From contig NC_092679.1 in assembly GCF_964355755.1 (NCBI RefSeq), forward strand, positions 10,709,432-10,773,431: a stretch of DNA of 64,000 bases, in the 5' to 3' direction. Of this stretch, positions 60,806-64,000 are shown in pieces. The DNA is from Antedon mediterranea. Taxonomy: Eukaryota; Animalia; Echinodermata. The first letter of the stretch is position 1. The number at the start of each line of letters is the position of its first letter. The translations under genes were made by a program, and so were the position numbers. The notes under the pieces are model-generated. The model was not told where the DNA came from, searched no databases, and saw only the letters and a program-made list of their open reading frames with translations.

Positions 60806-62335
60806 TTTTTAGTCGCGTGGAAGCGACTCTATAGCTAACTATGTTGGTTGGTTGGTTGCGTAATTTAATTATTATTTCAGGCAATTTTAAGCGTTTACAA
60901 AATTGCCATGAGTGCGCATATTTTTGCGCGCGCACTGCGCGTTAAATGTTATTGCGCACTCTTTTTGCCCGATTTCTGTTTTCTTGACTTACTTTTCAAC
61001 TCGAAATTACGTTATACGAGCACGTCAAAAGTGACAGGCTACGCACGTGTAAATTAAAAAAATATAAATGTTTTTAAACATTTCAACATTTCTAAACATG
61101 TTCAGTAATTTCGGTCAGTATAGTTCACTATGTCGGTCGGTCGGTCTGTCTGTCGGTCTGTCTGTCGGTCTGGTATCACTATGCATTGTAGCACGCGACT
61201 TAATGGCTGTTGGCGGGTGTCACGAAACCTAAGACCACGAAAGCTAAGACCCCCTAAGACCTAAGATCACGAAAGCTAAGACCCAAGACCTAAGATTACA
61301 AATTCTAAGATATACTACAGCTTAAAAACAATACTTGTTTATCCATACATAATTTTAAACACAGTAGGTTTCATTTATTACCATAAATATAATTTAATAC
61401 TACCGCAAAACATAGATAAACTCACATTATTTTCGCCCGTTGAGTAAATGTATATTTTTTCTTTACAACAAACAAACTTGACGGATTGTTTTTTGGTATA
61501 TATTTACTCCAATGTGTTGGTTCAGAGGATGTTTTTCTTACGCACCTGCCTTTCTTGTATTTTGACTCCAAATTTGTTGACTAACTTTATCCTGAATACC
61601 ACACTTTAAAATTAGGACTTATAAGTACTTTCAGAAGGAGAAACACATAATAACAAATAAATAAATCCTTTAAATTTATGATTTTACAGACGTTTCTTTG
61701 TATACTGTAATGTACGTAACTCCTCGAGCTCCCCATGCTCAATGTTTTTGTTTCTATGGAGCGCCAAAAGAGCAACAATAATAGTACAAGTATAAAAACA
61801 GAAAGAAAACGAAACAAAAAAACTTATCATGATTTTTAAGTTAAAATTTATTTGCCAGTATTTATTTCTTCGTACTTGCATGATTATACTATTATCATTA
61901 CAATTTTAATTTTACATTGTTCCATCCACACTGTAGATGGACTCCAACAGAGTTTTCAGCCCTCTATATAATTTTTGCTCTTTTGACGTTCCATAGAAAC
62001 AAAAACATTGAGCATGGGGAGCTCGAGGAGTTACATTACAGTATACTGCTACTAGTGTACTGTAGGCTAGTCATTTTGTGTGCGAGAAAAACGTCTGTAA
62101 AATCATCAATTTAAAAATGTATTTGTTACTTTTTATGTGATTCTTTTTCATGAAAGTGCCAATTCTAAGGTGTGGTTATTCAGAATAAATGTTGGGAGTT
62201 AAAATACAAGGCAGGTGCGAAAGATAAATATTTGTAATCTTAGGTCTTGGGTCTTAGCTTTCGTTATCTTAGGTCTTAGGGGGTCTTAGCTTTCGTGGTC
62301 TTAGGTTTCGTGACACCCGGCTGTTGGCCTTGTTT
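60806..62335 (+). mobile_element. Helentron-derived element with microsatellites, its 3-prime end hit by a MULE
   Basis: TTTTTAGTCGCGTG start, (GTTG)n and (GTCG/GTCT)n, subTIR CACGCGACT at about 61192, CTTGTTT end after the insertion. Confidence 0.72.
61215..62318. mobile_element. MULE-like foldback MITE with perfect TSD
   Basis: GGCTGTTGGC|GGGTGTCACGAAACCTAAGACC ... GGTCTTAGGTTTCGTGACACCC|GGCTGTTGGC (10 bp, or 8 bp if the terminal C/G belong to the element). Confidence 0.92.
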
Positions 62336-62949
62336 AATGTGATTTAGATTTTGATAAACTTATTATACAGAACAATTAAATGTTGATTGTACACTGCGTG
62401 TATGTAAACTTGTTTTATTGCCGTATTTTGAATAATTAAAAATTTAGATTTATTTCGCTTTATCATTGAAAATCAAAATTTATTCATTTAGGCCTAATTA
62501 AACAATATAATAAACAAATGGATGAGAAGTTCCGACTTCTGACTGGGATAATTTGTCATTGAGCTATGCGGATCTAACTTGGTTTGGTGTCTTTTGCAAT
62601 ACTAAATTGATAAAGTTGATTTGTATTATTATTCTTATTATTGTTAACATAAATACTAGGCCTAGGGCCTAGCCTAGAAGAAAAAGCAAATTATTATTAC
62701 TTCTACTCTCGAAATAAACATATACTGGGCTTACATACGATACAAAATCCCCTATCATGGACAACACAATGAGTGACGCACTAATCCAATAAAAAGCCCC
62801 TATTGTGGACAAAAAATCCCCCACGGACGATGATCGACTCTCGATGTGCCGCGCGTGTACTTGGGCAAGTTTGAGCAAGTTAGACTAGGCTCCATGCAGC
62901 AGTCACATTTTTTCATTTGACCCGATGTCAAGGGTCATATTTGTTGAGA

Positions 62950-63375
62950 CGTGAAAAGGGCCGAAAGGTAACAGCACTGAATGATGAAAGCACTTAACGT
63001 AATTCTAAAAGGGCCAAATAGAAAAGCTCCAACGATGAAAAAGCCGTATGAAGATGAAAAAGCCGTATGAAATGGTAAAAGAGCTGTATGAAATGATGAA
63101 AGAGCCGTATGAAATGGTAAAAGAGCCGTATGAAATGATGATGAAAGAACCGTATGAAATGGTAAAAGAGCCGTATGAAATGGTAAAAGAGCCGTATGAA
63201 ATGATGAAAGAGCCGTATGAAATGATGAAAGAGCCGTATGAAATGGTAAAAGAGCCGTATGAAATTATGAAAGAGCCGTATGAAATGGTAAAAGAGCCGA
63301 ACGTAATGGTAAAAGTGCCGAACGTAATGGTAAAAGAGCCAAATAGAAAAGCACCAAACCAGATTTCACAAACCC
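62950..63375. repeat. 21-bp tandem array (AAGAGCCGTATGAAATGGTAA) in a probable MULE-like terminus
   Basis: Source of the KEPYEMV repeat ORF; ends ...GCACCAAACCAGATTTCACAAACCC. Confidence 0.8.
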
Positions 63376-63549
63376 TATAATTTTAATCGTACGCTATGGG
63401 TTTGAACGGGTCAGTCTAATTACCGAAAACGATCATAAACAACCGAAAACAAACTAAAAACAAAACAAAAAAATCTAAATATTTTTTTTTAAATTATATA
63501 AATTTGTTTTATTACTTACTTCAGAAAAAATCGAAGATTCCAAAGGTTT

Positions 63550-63893
63550 CACTTCCGCCGTGGTAACTCACTTCCGCCGTGGCATTCTGTAATTTGCCGT
63601 GGTGTTTCATTACTAATTTGCCGTGGTGTTTCAATACTAATTTGCCGTGGTGTTTCATTTTTAAGTTGCCGTGGTATTTTTGTTAAATTGCCGCGATGTT
63701 TTATTTTTAATTTGCCGTGGTATTTTTGTTAAATTGCCGCGATGTTTTATTTTTAATTTGCCGTGATGTTTTATTTTTAATTTGCCGTGGGTTATTTCAA
63801 ATTGCCGTGGCTTTTTTCAAATTGCCGTGGCATTTTTTTTAAAGTTGCCGTGATATTTTTTGAAAGTTGCCGTGACACTTATAGGCTACCGTA
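63550..63893. mobile_element. TTGCCGTGG tandem array ending in CCGTA; IS3EU-like terminus
   Basis: Reverse complement begins TACGGTAGCCTATAAGTGTCACGGCAA (TAYGG start); the second end was not found. Confidence 0.55.
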
Positions 63894-64000
63894 ATAACTG
63901 CTTATGCGCGCGTTTTGAATGATATTTATAACTCGACTACGGTGATTTTAATAATAGATTTTATTGTGAATTGTTATCGTGAGCTTGTTTTAAGTATACT

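Noticed and set aside
63048-63380. KEPYEMV repeat protein
   Set aside because: It is a translation of a 21-bp tandem array at a probable transposon end, with no splice or domain support.
1-64000. A novel multi-gene system or autonomous transposon
   Set aside because: Only two intact host genes are present, with no evidence of functional linkage; every TE coding remnant is broken by stops or frameshifts and no transposase ORF is present.

Overview
AT-rich, intron- and transposon-dense eukaryotic DNA (a marine invertebrate is inferred from the repeat content; the taxon cannot be proven from the window). There are no prokaryotic operons, CRISPR arrays or rRNA genes. Two protein-coding genes are supported, both on the + strand. 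(1) ERMARD/C6orf70 (DUF4209 family) was reconstructed by hand as 15 GT-AG coding exons from 6618 to 45268 (1935 nt, 644 aa plus stop). The frame only closes if exon 9 is an 18-nt microexon using the second AG of a TAGAG acceptor. (2) An orphan class A GPCR with an uninterrupted coding region at 49099-50277 lacks the TM6 proline. Nearly everything else is nested, mostly non-autonomous or decayed transposons (MULE-like foldbacks, PIF/Harbinger- and Pangu-like MITEs, Tc1/pogo, Kolobok, Helitron/Helentron-derived elements, Gypsy, several LINE clades, Penelope) plus minisatellites. I found no convincing new multi-gene system. The best leads are the apparently deletion-rescued microexon, two intact RxxxxH (HEPN-type) motifs in ERMARD, a minisatellite visibly born from a LINE RT codon block, an 88-bp hairpin array, and several long or interlocking inverted repeats inside ERMARD introns. 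Protein and TE family assignments come from remembered motifs, not database searches.
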